From Macrostomum lignano (lineage: Eukaryota): 64,000 bases of DNA. The notes beneath the pieces are model-generated. The model did not search any database, was not told where the DNA came from, and saw only the letters and a program-made list of their open reading frames with translations. The position numbers and the translations under genes are program-made. Every line of letters begins with the position of its first letter. Position 1 is the stretch's first letter. This document shows positions 1 to 17,209 of the stretch, in pieces. The stretch is taken from the NCBI GenBank assembly GCA_002269645.1, contig NIVC01000848.1, forward strand, positions 45,307-109,306, written 5' to 3'.

Positions 1-226
1 GGGGGCAGGGGTAGGGGGGTTCAGAGTGTTGGGGTGGGTGCTATCGGGGCAGGGGTAGGGGTTCAGAGTGTTGGGGTGCGTGCTAGAGGGGGCAGGGGGT
101 GGGGTTCAGAGTATTGGGGTGGGTGCTATCGGGGGCATGGGGTAGGGGTTCAGGGTTTTGGGGTGCGTGCTATCGGGGCAGGGGTAGGGGTTCAGAGTAT
201 TGGGGTGGGTGCTATCGGGGGCAGGC
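1..226. repeat. G-rich minisatellite, unit about 43 bp, truncated by the window edge
   Basis: GGGGCAGGGGTAGGGGGTTCAGAGTRTTGGGGTGGGTGCTATC, about 5 copies. Confidence 0.9.
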
Positions 227-295
227 ATTCAGAGAGCTGTAGCGAGCAAGCGATAAGCTCCAAGTCAAAGGGCGCCCCGGCCAACAGTCACGCAG

Positions 296-3141
296 TCAAA
301 CCATGCCGGGAAGTCCGCCAGGCCGCATTGGCGAGCTGAAGCCGGGGGCGCTCAGGTAGAGCGGATTGGGGAACGGGCCCGAGAACGTCGGGCCGGACGC
401 CGAGGCAAACGTTGTTGCCGCCTTAGTGGCGGAGGCACCGCCGTTGCCTCCGCTGCTGACACCGCCGCTGCCGCCGTTGCCAACGCCGCCGCTGCCGCTG
501 GCGACACCTTCACCGGAGCCGGCGTTACCAGCGGCGCTGCCAGCGTTGGATTCTGCATCTGAAGCGTTGGGACTCTGCGGTTTCTGGTCGTGGTACAGGA
601 TGGGCACGCGGACCATGCGGTTGGCCGCCACCAGGTTCGCCGCCGCCAAGTTGGCCGCTTCGATCTCCGCGGCCAGCTGCCGTTTCCACTTGTTGCGCCG
701 GTTTTGAAACCAAATTTTCACCTGAGTCTCCGTCAGCTGCAGCGCGTGGGCAAGGCCGGCCCGCTCGGAGCTGGACAGGTAGCGCTTCATGTCGAATGTG
801 GACTCGAGCTGGAACACCTGCGACCGGGAGAACACTGTCCGGGTCTTCTTCTTCCGCTTCAGCGACGCCAGGCCGGAGGCCGTTGAGCCGTCCCGACAGT
901 CGGCGGCGTCGTCGTCTTTTGAGTCGTCGAGGCCGCCGCTGCCGCCGCCGCCGACGCCATCGTCGTCTTCGTCGTCCATGTCGACGTCATCGTCCAGCAT
1001 CGCGGACGCCGCAACGGCATCCTCATCGTCGACATGATCGCCTCCGGGCCTAATGGGGTCGCTCACGTCCGACGCATCGGTCGCCGGCTCCCCCGCCGTC
1101 GCTCCGACACCGTCCAAGGCGTCGTTTGCGTCCGTGGCAGCGGCGGCGGCGACGGCGCTGGTCGAACGACGCGACTTTGCCGACGACCCGTGGTGGCCAG
1201 CTGGGGGCCGGTAGCCAGTGGTGAGCGGGTTCTGCTGCTGCTGCTGCTGCTGTTGTTGCGGCTGACCTGCTGGTTAAAATTTAAGACAATCTTTCTCTCT
1301 TTCACTATCGCTTTCAGCTTGTAAGAGATGGATAGAGATGGATAGGAGATGGATAGAGATGGATAGGAGATGGATAGAGATGGATAAAAGATGGATAGAG
1401 ATGGATAGGAGATGGATAGAGATGGATAGAGATGGATAAAGACAGATGACAGATGGATAGAGACAGATGACAGATGGATAGAGACAGATGAGAGATGGAT
1501 AGAGACAGATGAGAGATGGATAGAGACAGATGACAGATGGATAGAGACAGATGACAGATGGATAGAGACAGATGAGAGATGGATAGAGACAGATGAGAGA
1601 AGGATAGAGACAGATGACAGATGGATAGAGACAGATGACAGATGGATAGAGACAGATGAGAGATGGATAGAGACAGATGAGAGAAGGATAGAGACAGATG
1701 ACAGATGAATAGAGACAGATGACAGATGGATAGAGACAGATGAGAGATGGATAGAGACAGATGAGAGAAGGATAGAGACAGATGACAGATGGATAGAGAC
1801 AGATGACAGATGGATAGAGACAGATGACAGATGGATAGAGACAGATGACAGATGGATAGAGACAGATGAGAGAAGGATAGAGATGCACAGAACTGGAAAA
1901 GGATGACAAGAAGTGATTGGAAGTAAATTTAAGCAAGAGCGCCAGAGTCTGCACAATTTACACATCGCAGCTAGTTTAACAAAACTAATAAAAATGGACA
2001 TACATTAAGGAACCAAATTTTTGATGGTTTTGTATTCCAAATTTACAATTGCAACCTGACAAGATCTTCGTGCTTAATTTTACAAGACTGGGACTACCAA
2101 GCCCCTCTGCCTGTCATTCAAGATTTTTAATTGACGGTGGCGGGCCTGGGCGGAGCTTGCTTCGAACTGTGATTAGCCACTTTTTTGACAGCCCCCCCCC
2201 AGGTGAGAATCGAGAGGTGAGACTTAAGACAGACAGACTTCGGAAGCGAAACAAAATTTATGTCGGCTCAAATTAACAACTTTGACTCTTAGAGAGAATT
2301 AAGCTTCCGGTGAATGGCTGCTCAAGCCCTGCTCCAAAACACGAACTGAGAGTCTGAGACAGATTCTAATCTCTTAGATCACTCGCTCTTTGTGTGTAGA
2401 GAGTCTTTGTGCTCAATGTACAGAAGTTTGAGTTTATGAAAACTCAATTATTGAGACAGGAGGGCAATTCGAATCACGCAAACTTCGAGCCAGTTGGGGG
2501 TGTGTTTTTTCATATAACCACTGCTCATTTTGGTAATCGTGCTCAATTCCAGGCATCTTTCAATTAGTTGAAAAAAAATACAGGAAAAGAGAAGACACGA
2601 ATTGAAAAAAATTTGAAAACACACCAACCCTGCAATTCCCTTTTCCCTGCAATATTCGGTTATAGCAGTGTTTCATTGCTGTTTATGGTTGCCTCTATTA
2701 ACAGTTTATGCCTACTTGACAGTTTCCTAAAACTATAATTTATCCCTCGAGGCGATTTCAAGCATAATTGAATCATTCTATTATTACCCAGCGCCGGTCT
2801 ACCCCGCCCCCAGGGCGGTGCAGTTGATGAAGTCAACTGCAGCCACTTCGCAGCTCAGCCGAACAACTCCACTGACAGTTGTGCAGCAATGTGCTAATCG
2901 TCCCGCCCTCGAGGCAATCCTATAGCTAGCTCATTTCTTTCTTTCGCAAAGTCAAAAAAGCAAAAATAATTAGGGAATTTGCGTAACCGATTTCTTAGGG
3001 AAGGTGCAGGAATCGAGAATTTCACTAACCGATTTTGCCGAGGCCGCTGCCGCTAACTGAGATCATCCCGCCGCCGCTGGAAGCTTCAGCAAAACAGTGG
3101 CGCAGGAAGGCAGCGGCTGCGGTGCTGTGCGGTGGTAGCTG

Positions 3142-3172
<31 letters not shown>

Positions 3173-3750
3173 ATAGGCGGCGCAGGCAGCGATAGCTGGT
3201 GACCCTGCTGGACTGCCAGATGCTGCGGCTGCGGACCCGGGAACCAGCAGGGCTGACAGAGAGCGGCGGCAGCGGCTGCTTTGGCCTGCATCTCCAAGTA
3301 GGCCTGGTGCAGCAGCGGATGTCCAGGCGGGAAGGCCAGCACAGGGAAGCTCTGGCTGCCGGCGGCCGCGGCGGCTGCAGCGGCGGCCAGACTGGCGGCC
3401 AGATGCGACCGGGGATCGCTCAGGTCCAGTGGCATGGAGACCGGCGAGGGAAGCCGCGGCTGCTGCTGCTGCTGCGGCAGGGACTGCGGTGCGTCTTCTT
3501 GCGGCGGCGGCGGCGGCGAGTCGCCGTCCTCAACAGTCGACGAGTCTCTCGGCCGCTTGTTGGCCGGCATTCGGAGGATGCTGCTGATGCTGAAGCCGCT
3601 GCGACTGTTGCTATGCTGTGGGGCGGCCCGTTTGCCGCCAAGTGAGGCTGAGCTCGGCTTCTGCTGCGGTGACTGATGGTCGGGCAGCAGTCCAGCTGCA
3701 TCCTGTTCCGCATCAGTCGCATCCGCCTGTTGCTGCTGAGTAGCTGCCAT
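296..3750 (-). CDS. Hmx: Hmx/NK5-class homeobox transcription factor, 2 coding exons (3750-3030, 1266-296), about 563 aa
   Basis: Homeodomain [60 protein letters not shown] is followed by the Hmx-specific [10 protein letters not shown]...[11 protein letters not shown]. Exon 1 has the eh1 motif FSISSIL. Phase-1 junction ATC G|gttagt ... cagcag|GT CAG keeps the frame. The start codon (ATG at 3750) is the best guess. Confidence 0.93.
1325..1885. repeat. 21-bp minisatellite in the Hmx intron
   Basis: AGACAGATGACAGATGGATAG, grading from a 10+11-bp GAGATGGATAG precursor. Confidence 0.95.
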
Positions 3751-4259
3751 TGAATTTGAACTTCTGTGCAAGCGAGTTGGCTGGCTGCCTTGCTGGTCCT
3801 GGCGAAACTCTCTCTCTCTCTAAGTCTTTCTTTTCTCTTTGCAACTTTTAAGCGACAATTTTTATTCTCCTTTCGTGGAGCCAAACCCCCCCACCCCGCC
3901 CTCCTGCCTACTCACCTTGACGCAACAGTGGACTCCCCACCCCATGCTCAGGCTTCCCACCCCAGCCCCTGAGCGAGGCCGGCTGCCATTGGTCCAGAGA
4001 AGGGTGGCTGACGGCAATCTTACCCGGGTGGCGCTTCTCAGGATGCGCCGCTTCGGAGCGAATGAGCTGTGAGCTCCGAATTTCCCTGGTGGAGCTAAAT
4101 TAAGCCGGTTTGATAAGCGGACAGACTTGGATTTGAAACGCTAATAGACATGCTTTGGAGAAAAGCAATCGGTCTCAGATTGCAGAATGCATCTGGGTTA
4201 GGCTTTTACGTACCAACAAAGCACTTCTTATTGATTTCCTCTCCCATCTCCCTTATCTA

Positions 4260-6050
4260 TTCCCTCTCTGATCTCTCCCATCTCCCATCTCCATTATCTA
4301 TTCCCTCTCTAATCTCTCCCCTAGTCCATTATCCTCTAATCTCTCCCCTCGTCCATTATCCTCTGATCTCTCCCCTCGTTTATTATCCTCTGATCTCCCC
4401 CCTCCCACTATCGACCTCTCCCCTCTCCCAATCCACCTCTCCCCTCTCCCACTATCCACCTCTCCCCTCTCCCACTATCCACCTCTCCCTTTCCCACTAT
4501 CCACCTCTCTCCCTCTCTCACTATCCACCTCTCCCCTCTCCCACAATCCACCTCTCCCCTCTCTCACTATCCACCTCTCTCCCTCTCCCACTATCCACCT
4601 CCCCCTCTCCCATTATCCATCTCCCCCTCTCCCACTATCCATCTCTCCCTCTCCCATTATCCACCTCCCCCTCTCCCACTATCCACCTCTCCCTCTCCCA
4701 CTATCCATCTCTCCCTCTCCCACTATCCACCTCTCCCTCTCCCACTATCCACCTCCCCCTCTCCCATTATCCACCTCCCCCTCTCCCACTATCCATCTCT
4801 CCCTCTCCCATTATCCACCTCCCCCTCTCCCACTATCTACCTCTCCCTCTCCCACTATCCACCTCCCCCTCTCCCACTATCCACCTCTCCCTCTCCCACT
4901 ATCCACCTCCCCCTCTCCCATTATCCACCTCTCCCTCTCCCACTATCCACCTCTCCCTCTCCCACTATCCACCTCCCCCTCTCCCACTATCCACCTCCCC
5001 CTCTCCCACTATCCACCTCTCCCTCTCCCACTATCCACCTCTCCCTCTCCCACTATCCACCTCCCCCTCTCCCACTATCCACCTCCCCCTCTCCCACTAT
5101 CCATCTCTCCCTCTCCCACTATCCACCTCCCCCTCTCCCATTATCCATCTCCCCTCTCCCATTATCCACCTCCCCCTCTCCCACTATCCATCTCCCCCTC
5201 TCCCATTATCCACCTCCCCCTCTCCCACTATCCACCTCTCCCTCTCCCACTATCCACCTCCCCCTCTCCCACTATCCACCTCCCCCTCTCCCACTATCCA
5301 TCTCTCCCTCTCCCACTATCCACCTCCCCCTCTCCCATTATCCATCTCCCCTCTCCCACTATCCATCTCCCCCTCTCCCACTATCCACCTCTCCCTCTCC
5401 CACGATCCACCTCTCCCTCTCCCACTATCCACCTCCCCCTCTCCCACTATCCACCTCCCCCTCTCCCACTATCCACCTCCCCCTCTCCCACTATCCATCT
5501 CTCCCTCTCCCACTATCCACCTCCCCCTCTCCCATTATCCATCTCCCCTCTCCCATTATCCACCTCCCCCTCTCCCACTATCCATCTCTCCCTCTCCCAC
5601 TATCCACCTCCCTCTCTCCCACTATCCACCTCCCCCTCTCCCATTATCCATCTCCCCTCTCCCATTATCCACCTCCCCCTCTCCCACTATCCATCTCTCC
5701 CTCTCCCACTATCCACCTCCCCCTCTCCCACTATCCACCTCCCCCTCTCCCACTATCCACCTCCTTCTCTGCCACTATCCACCTCTCCCTCTCCCACTAT
5801 CCACCTCTCCCTCTCCCACTATCCACCTCCCCCTCTCCCACTATCCATCTCTCCCTCTCCCACGATCCACCTCCCCCTCTGCCACTATCCACCTCTCCCT
5901 CTCCCACTATCCATCTCTCCCTCTCCCACTATCCACCTCCCCCTCTGCCACTATCCACCTCTCCCTCTCCCACTATCCACCTCCCCCTCTCCCACTATCC
6001 ACCTCCCCCTCTCCCACTATCCACCTCCCCCTCTCCCACTATCCATCTCT
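4260..6050. repeat. 22-bp pyrimidine-rich minisatellite upstream of Hmx
   Basis: CCACTATCCACCTCCCCCTCTC, about 75 copies. Confidence 0.95.
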
Positions 6051-6609
6051 CTCTAAGCTCAATCCCTAGCCCCAAGCCAGCCTACCTTTTCTCTCTCCCT
6101 GTCACAGCCATACTCAGAGCATTTCCAATAACCCCGAAAGCGCTTCATAATTGAATTAGCTCACCTATAAGCCAGGTGCCTGTCGTGCCATAGCAAAAAT
6201 TAACAAATTGTCAATTTGTAGCACAAGGTGATAAATTGGTGCCAATTAGCGACCCAACCAAAACTCTTACTAAAAATAGAAAACTCGTGGCATAATGAAT
6301 TCTCACAATTAGGTGAGAATTTGTTGTGTTGAAATTGTTTTTTTTAAAAGCTTGAACAGAACAGGACTGGCTATGAAAATAGCAACAGGTCATTGTTGTT
6401 CACGAGGCCAAGTTGCTAGGTTAAGTTTATCTATTAGCGTAGTGCAAATTCAATTGAAAGCATAGAGATGATTAGGTGCTAGAGAACAATACAAAAAGCT
6501 TTAGTTATGCCTCATTTAGATTTGCTATTCAATGCTCAATGTTTATATAGTTTGGTGCGATACAATGGAAATGTAGGACTATTTGGTTTGGAATCTTAAT
6601 TTTAATGGG

Positions 6610-6900
6610 GAAGCCTGCAGATGGGATCTCAACTTTATTGGGAGAAATCTGCAGATGGGATCTCAAATTTATTGGAAAAAGTCTGCGGATGGGATCTCTA
6701 CTTTATTGGGGAAATCTGCGGATGGGATCTAAAAAATTTATTGGGGGAAGACAGCGGATGGGATTTTAACTACTTGAATTGGGAAGTCAGCGGATGGGAT
6801 TTCAACTACTTGAATTGGGAAGTCAGCGGATGGGATTTCAACTACTTGAATTGGGAAGTCAGCAGATGGGATCTCAACTAAGTCAACTTAAATGGGGAAT
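6610..6900. repeat. Degenerate 36-bp minisatellite
   Basis: CAGCGGATGGGATTTCAACTACTTGAATTGGGAAGT and diverged flanking copies. Confidence 0.85.
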
Positions 6901-7929
6901 TCAGCGGATGGGATCATGACTTAATGAAAATAAACAAACAAACAAAAGGCCTACAGAGATGTTTTGCAACAAAGCCAAGCTCAAACACAACTCAGAGTGG
7001 ATTGAAAACTGGCTGACAGACAGGCAAAATGGGAGTCTTGTCTGAGGGAGGAGGGGGCTCAACCAAAATCGAACCCCAACCCCACGAAAGTCAAGCAGAC
7101 AACTTACTTTAGCACACACATTTCTATAATTTTTACTAAACAAATTCCAAACATCACCATTGTTTTGTTCTCCACAGCCATTTTAATTTGACTGGCTTCC
7201 GTGACTCGCATAAAACAAAAACTGTGTTGGCAAGTATATAATTCTCATTTCCCAGAACCAAATTCCCGCATTTAGAGACAGACAGGACGGCCGCACAATG
7301 TCCACTGGAGTGGAAGCGAGGGGAACACAAAGTCAGATGGCACCAGTCCTAAGAGAATCTATCTATACTCATGCATAATACAGTCAGTTGAGCCCGGGTC
7401 TGTCAAGGCTGATGTCTGTCTGTCATATGGTTAAGATATACTTCTAGAGGAGCGACTTCAGTTCCGCCCACTTTGCTGCTAAGCGGCTTGGAAACAAGAG
7501 TTATTCGAGAGAGAGAGAGGTGCGCGCCCAAGTTCCGGGGTTTATAGGGCTGGAGGGGGAGTGAGAGTTTAAGAAACAGAAGGGTTGTTATCTGGCCTGA
7601 CCATGCAACAACATGTTATGATAGATAAGAGTCTGATCTGAATGTCGTATGGGACGCGGTGCCCCTACCCTCGACCCATCAGGTTAATGACAATGCTGTA
7701 ACATACACCACTCAGTTTTGCCAAGTTTTGCTTTTAGTAGACAAGGCAGGTATACAAGTATGCGTGTGGTTGAAAGACAATTATATAAGTATGTCGTTGT
7801 CGGCACTGTGACTAATGAGCAGGCACTGTTTGCAGTTTGCAGCCCACAACATGCTGTGCGTACAAGATCGGTGAATCCGTTATGGACCAGGGGATACCAG
7901 CTCAAAAGTTTATCTTTACCAATCCGAAG

Positions 7930-8790
7930 CTTCACACAGAACCTTGAAGATTCATAGAAACCAAGATCCACACCATCCTAGAAAATTCACACATATATTC
8001 AAGATTCACAAAAACCTTGATGATTCACACAAACCTTAGAGATTCACACAAACATTGAAGATTCACACAGCCGTCGAAGATTAAGATAAACCTTGAGATT
8101 CACACAAACATTGAAGATTCATACAGCCGTCGAAGATTAAGATAAACCTTGAGATTCACACAAACCATGAAGATTCACATAAACCTTGAACATTCACACT
8201 AATTCGGAAGCTTCACACAATTCCAAAAGATTTACACAATCCTAGAAGATTCTCACAGACTTAGAAGATTCACACAAACCTTGAAGATTCACACGAACCT
8301 TGAAGATTGACACAAACCTTGAAGACTGACACAAACCTTGAAGATTCACACGAACCTTGAAGATTGACACAAACCTTGAAGACTGACACAAACCTTGAAG
8401 ATTCACACGAACCTTGAAGATTCACACGAACCTTGAAGATTGACACAAACCTTGACGATTCACACAAACTTCGAAGATTTACACAAACCTTGACGATTCA
8501 CACAAACTTTGAAGATTCACACAGACATTTAATATTCACACAGACATTTAATATTCACACAGACATTTAATATTCACACAGACATTTAATATTCACACAG
8601 ACATTTAATATTCACACAGACATTTAATATTCACACAGACATTTAATATTCACACAGACATTTCATATTCACACAAAACTTGAAGATTCACACAGACCTT
8701 GAAGATTCACACGAACCTTGAAGATTCACACGAACTTTGAAGATTAACACAGACCTTGAAGATTCACACAGACCTTGAAGATTCACACAG
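7930..8790. repeat. 19-bp minisatellite with an internal variant block
   Basis: GAAGATTCACACAAACCTT, with variant CACACAGACATTTAATATT at about 8515-8665. Confidence 0.92.
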
Positions 8791-9709
8791 ACCTTGAAGA
8801 ATAAGTTCGTAACCGAAATTCAGAGATGCTTCCCAGAAATTCATAACTTTGATTTCAATTCACTGCATGCTTTAAATTCGTTTAAAAACACACAGAGACT
8901 AAAAGTTGCCATCGGGAATCTCCCAAAGCATGCCCCACTTGCTCATTAAAATTAGCAATACCCAAGTCTGTGCACAAACCTGCAATTATAATCAAACCGA
9001 ATGCCTCGTAATAACTTATTCAATAATTGATCACTGCTGGTGATAAAGTATAAAGTTCCCCCCGGAGTTAATTCGCACACTTTGCTAGCCGAGTGGAGCA
9101 AATGCCGACAATCAGTCAGGGCGGCAGCTTAGCAACCAAGCAGGTATGCGAAAAGGAAGAAATACCATAGACAAACTTGATTAGCCCGGACCCATAGAGG
9201 GGGACCATGAATTGGCTCGGGCACGCCCATCGGCTAAAGAGAGAATAACTTACTACAATAAAGCCAATTCTTACAATGTGCAACCGCACGCAAGCAGGTC
9301 TCTGCAACAACAACTACCTGTCAATTTTCGCGAGGCTGAGGGTTGGGCAGCTGCTCGAGGCGAAGCAACCGCGCCGCCATTGTTGAAGCCCTGGGAGCTT
9401 CCGTATGCCATATTGAAAGTTTTTCTAGGCCTCGCGTTTCAACGACACATTGTTTGAAGCTTTCTTGAGTCAGTTTTTATTGGCATAATTACACCCTTCT
9501 GACTCCGGCTCCGGGCATGGAAACTGAGTCTATTGAAATTCGAATGTGCGAGCTTCATCAAAAGAGCATCCACTTTTTTCAGCAGTTTTATTGAATTTTG
9601 AATTTGAAAAAGCTGAACTTGCCATATAGGGGTTATAACAAAGATATTTATTGAATCTGCCAAAGAACTGTTTTTTTATAATTGGTGCGTACGATCGTAA
9701 AGTAGCTCA

Positions 9710-10700
9710 AAGGTGGAATAGAATGGATTGCTAGTCTAACCAACATGAAGGAATAGAATGGATTGCTAATCTAGCCTACATCAATGATGAAGGAATAGAA
9801 TGGATTGCTAGTCTAGCCTACATCAATGATGAAGGAATAGAACGGATTGCTAATCTAGCCTACATCAATGATGAAGGAATAGAATGGATTGCTAATCTAG
9901 CCTACACCAATGATGAAGGAATAGAATGAATTGCTAGTCTAACCAACATGAAGGAATAGAATGGATTGCTAATCTAGCCTACATCAATGATGAAGGAATA
10001 GAATGGATTGCTAGTCTAGCCTACATCAATGATGAAGGAATAGAATGGATTGCTAATCTAGCCTACACCAATAATGAAGGAATAGAATGGATTGCTAATC
10101 TAGCCTACATCAATGATGAAGGAATAGAATGGATTGCTAATCTAGCCTACACCAATGATGAAGGAATAGAATGGATTGCTAATCTAGCCTACATCAACGA
10201 TGAAGGAACAGAATGGATTGCTAATCTAGCCTACATCAATGATGAAGGAATAGAATGGATTGCTAATCTAGCCTACACCAATGATGAAGGAATAGAATGG
10301 ATTGCTAATCTAGCCTACATCAACGATGAAGGAACAGAATGGATTGCTAATCTAGCCTACATCAATGATGAAGGAATAGAATGGATTGCTAATCTAGCCT
10401 ACACCAATGATGAAGGAATAGAATGGATTGCTAGTCTAGCCTACATCAGTGAAGGAATAGAATGGATTGCTAGTCTAACTAAGATGAAGGAATAGAATGG
10501 ATTGCTAATGTAGCCTACACCAATGATGAAGGAATAGAATGGATTGCTAATCTAGCCTACACCAATGATGAAGGAATAGAATGGATTGCTAGTCTAGCCT
10601 ACATCAGTGAAGGAATAGAATGGATTGCTAGTCTAACTAAGATGAAGGAATAGAATGGATTGCTAATGTAGCCTACATCAATAAGGAAATAGAATGAATG
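9710..10700. repeat. 42-bp minisatellite
   Basis: GAAGGAATAGAATGGATTGCTAATCTAGCCTACATCAATGAT. Confidence 0.95.
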
Positions 10701-11894
10701 CTTATTATGCCTACAGAAAGCTGTTCTGTAATAAATTAAATTTACTCAATCAGACGATGTGCATTTTCGGCTCATCAGAATAAACTCTTTAAATCAGACT
10801 GCTCGAACTGCCAAGTTCTCACCTTGTTGCTAAGGCACTGAGGCCGATATTATGCCAAACTGCTGCTGAGAAGCAACCGTCAGATAAGAGGCCGTCTTTC
10901 GCCCGCCCTGCCTGCCACAGCCATTTTGCCTGTGTCCGCCACCCCGACACAAAAAAGCTGCTTGATCAGCTTCTCCTTTGCCTTTCTCAGCCAGCCAGTT
11001 CCCAGTTCCCACACCAACAGAGCCACCCCTTGGGGGAGGTGGGCGGAGAGAGCTCTTAATGGACTCGAAACAGAAGGTCTTTTGATGTTGGCAGGGAGTC
11101 ATTAGCAGGGCGAATTAGTTGGAAAAACCGATGGCCCAACGAGGCCTCTGAGACAATTTAATTGAAGCAGCGGCAGCAGCAGCCTATAGGCAATAAAACT
11201 TCTGCTCCAGAAGGCTCGCAGAAATCTCCGACCACTCACTTCAAGTGATTTACCGGGGGGACCCAGCAGGGGCACTGTCACTTCCCATCAGGGCCGGGGC
11301 AGTCTCAGCGGGCCGCCAGAGACCTAAAATCCCCGAGACTAATGGACCCGCCCCGGAGGCCAATTTCGCAGTCATAAATAACCGCTGACAACTGGGGGCC
11401 CCGGCCAAAGCCGAGGCGATCACGGAAAGCAGAAACAGAAGGACGGAGAGATTGCGGCTTGAAGAGTCAGGAGGAGACAACTAAAGAGAAAGTTGGCTTT
11501 TAAAGTAGACTCGCATCTGCCGCGAACAAGTAGATTCAGTCCGATGGTAAAGTTTTTATGAATTGGAGACAGGCAGCAGCAGGAGCGGTTCTCCACCCAA
11601 TCCCAAAAATGCCCCGGCATGCTCATATTTTATTATCTCAACTTCTGTCAACAGTATAAGGCTTCTAGCTAAAACATTTATGACTTCTAGATGGCCCGCG
11701 CTTCATAACTGAGCAGACATGAGCAAGATGCTGCTGACTTCACCCGGATGGGCCAAATTATAAAGTCATGCTACCTAATAAAAACAACAAAAATACCAAT
11801 TGATTACACCTGACCCAATTGGGCCAGATGTGCAATAGACAGCTCAGCCGCAGCTATTGCGCGGCGCATCTGAAGGCTGCGTACGGCTGTTCAG

Positions 11895-12075
11895 TTCAAG
11901 GACCGGGGGCCTTCATTCAAGGACACACTGCCTTCATTTCCCCAGCAGAACTGGGCGCAATGCAGAGTTAAGTGTCTTGCTCAAGGACACAAATTGTTCC
12001 GAGTGGGATCTGGAATCGAACCCCTGACCTTCAAGTCGCTAGTCTGATGCTCTAACCACTAGGCGACAACCCATA
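11895..12075 (-). mobile_element. tRNA-derived SINE with CORE-like domain
   Basis: The minus strand reads GGGTTGTCGCCTAGTGGTTAGAGCATCAGACTAGCGACTTGAAGGTCAGGGGTTCGATTCC (A and B boxes). It is followed by GTGTCCTTGAGCAAGACACTTAAC, which resembles the MIR CORE GTGACCTTGGGCAAGTCACTTAAC. The acceptor stem is imperfect, so this is not a functional tRNA. The 3' boundary is approximate. Confidence 0.75.
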
Positions 12076-12789
12076 CTACCTAGCTGCTGCAAAAAAAACG
12101 CATTGCATGCCTACTTAATAAATGTATCAGTAGGATAAAACGCGCACGACTGGAAAAAATGAATTAAAAACCAAGTCGAAAGAAAAAATGAGACGCGCAA
12201 AGTCTAGAATGACTCAAACTTCTGGAGTATATTATATTGTTTTTAAAATTGTGTAGAATCAGTTTTTTATTTAAATACACGCGAGTGTGTATTATATACA
12301 CAAAAAAGTCTGTACAGGAAAAAACCAATATCGATAGAGAGAGAGAGCAACAGTGTCCCAGCCAACAGTGTGTTAGTACAGTAATATTACACGAGTATGA
12401 ATAATAGTACACATTATTAACACATTGCATAGTAACTAAGGATTGTAAGCTCGGTAAAGACAGACGGACATGAATGAGACTTATACGCAAAAAAGCGTGA
12501 GATTGCGAGACAAGCTTGGATTCACCGGCAGTTAGTGTAAAAAATATATGACCAACAAAAAGGTATATAAAACGCTTCGGTTAGCTGCACAGGTATATTG
12601 AATTGTTAACAAGGGAAAGATATACAGCCAATAAATTTGTTAGGTCCGCTAGGAGCAGCGAATTAACATGATAATTTCAGTTGTCAGGTTGGGACTGCTG
12701 AAGGGGGGGCTTCTAGTCCAGACACTACCGTAAGTCCAGAGAGTTTTAGCTATCCTTGTCCGAGGTTAAATACGGTGAGGTTTATAGCC

Positions 12790-13245
12790 TAGATATGTCC
12801 CATCCCTCAGTCTAGAAATGTCCCATCCCTCAGTCTAGAAATGTCCTATCCCTTAGTCTAGAAATGTCCTATCCCTCAGTCTAGAAATGTCCTATCCCTT
12901 AGTCTAGAAATGTCCTATCCCTCAGTCTAGAAATGTCCTATCCCTTAGTCTAGAAATGTCCCATCCCTCAGTCTAGAAATGTCCCATCCTTCAGTCTAGA
13001 AATGTCCCATCCCTCAGTCTAGAAATGTCCCATCCCTCAGTCTAGAAATGTCCCATCCCTCAGTCTAGAAATGTCCCATCCCTCAGTCTAGAAATGTCCC
13101 ATCCCTCAGTCTAGAAATGTCCCATCGCTCAGCCTAGATATGTCCCATCCATCAGTCTAGAAATGTCCCATCCCTCAGCCTAGATATGTCCCATCCCTCA
13201 GTCTAGAGATGTCCCATCTCACAGTCTAGAAATGTCCTATCTCAC
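12790..13245. repeat. 23-bp minisatellite
   Basis: CTAGAAATGTCCCATCCCTCAGT. Confidence 0.95.
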
Positions 13246-13494
13246 ATTTTCATGTTGTCTTATCTCATCTACCAGCAATTCTGTATAAACGCATTTACAA
13301 AAGATTCAAGGTAAATAAAAAGCACACAGAGGTAGACTGCACCGAACAAACAAACAAACAAACAAGCAAAAAAGCAGCCCAAAAAGCAACAAATTAGGGG
13401 CTTTGGCTGACGGCACAAGAGCACAACACAAGTGACTATTGAATTATAAGCTGGACAAAATAGCAGGAATTGACATGAAATGCTGCTGCAGTTC

Positions 13495-17178
<3,684 letters not shown>

Positions 17179-17209
17179 TTAGAGTCTTTTATAATCAGAA
17201 GGGCAGATA

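Noticed and set aside
4150-6069. 639-aa ORF, and the similar long ORFs at 1063-2001, 15713-17037, 17179-18931, 22043-23216, 25212-26030, 38257-39652, 42046-43242, 43743-44741 and 49631-50534
   Set aside because: They are translations of stop-free minisatellite units, open in several frames and on both strands, and lie in introns or intergenic DNA.
7380-7690. Solo LTR (minus-strand TATA box, CT run, TG...CA-like ends)
   Set aside because: No target-site duplication, second copy or internal domain was found.
9710-10700. CRISPR-like appearance of regularly spaced 36-45-bp repeats
   Set aside because: The units are head-to-tail with no unique spacers, there are no cas genes, and the context is eukaryotic.
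12000-12075. Functional tRNA gene
   Set aside because: The acceptor and anticodon stems are imperfect and the sequence runs directly into a CORE-like SINE body.
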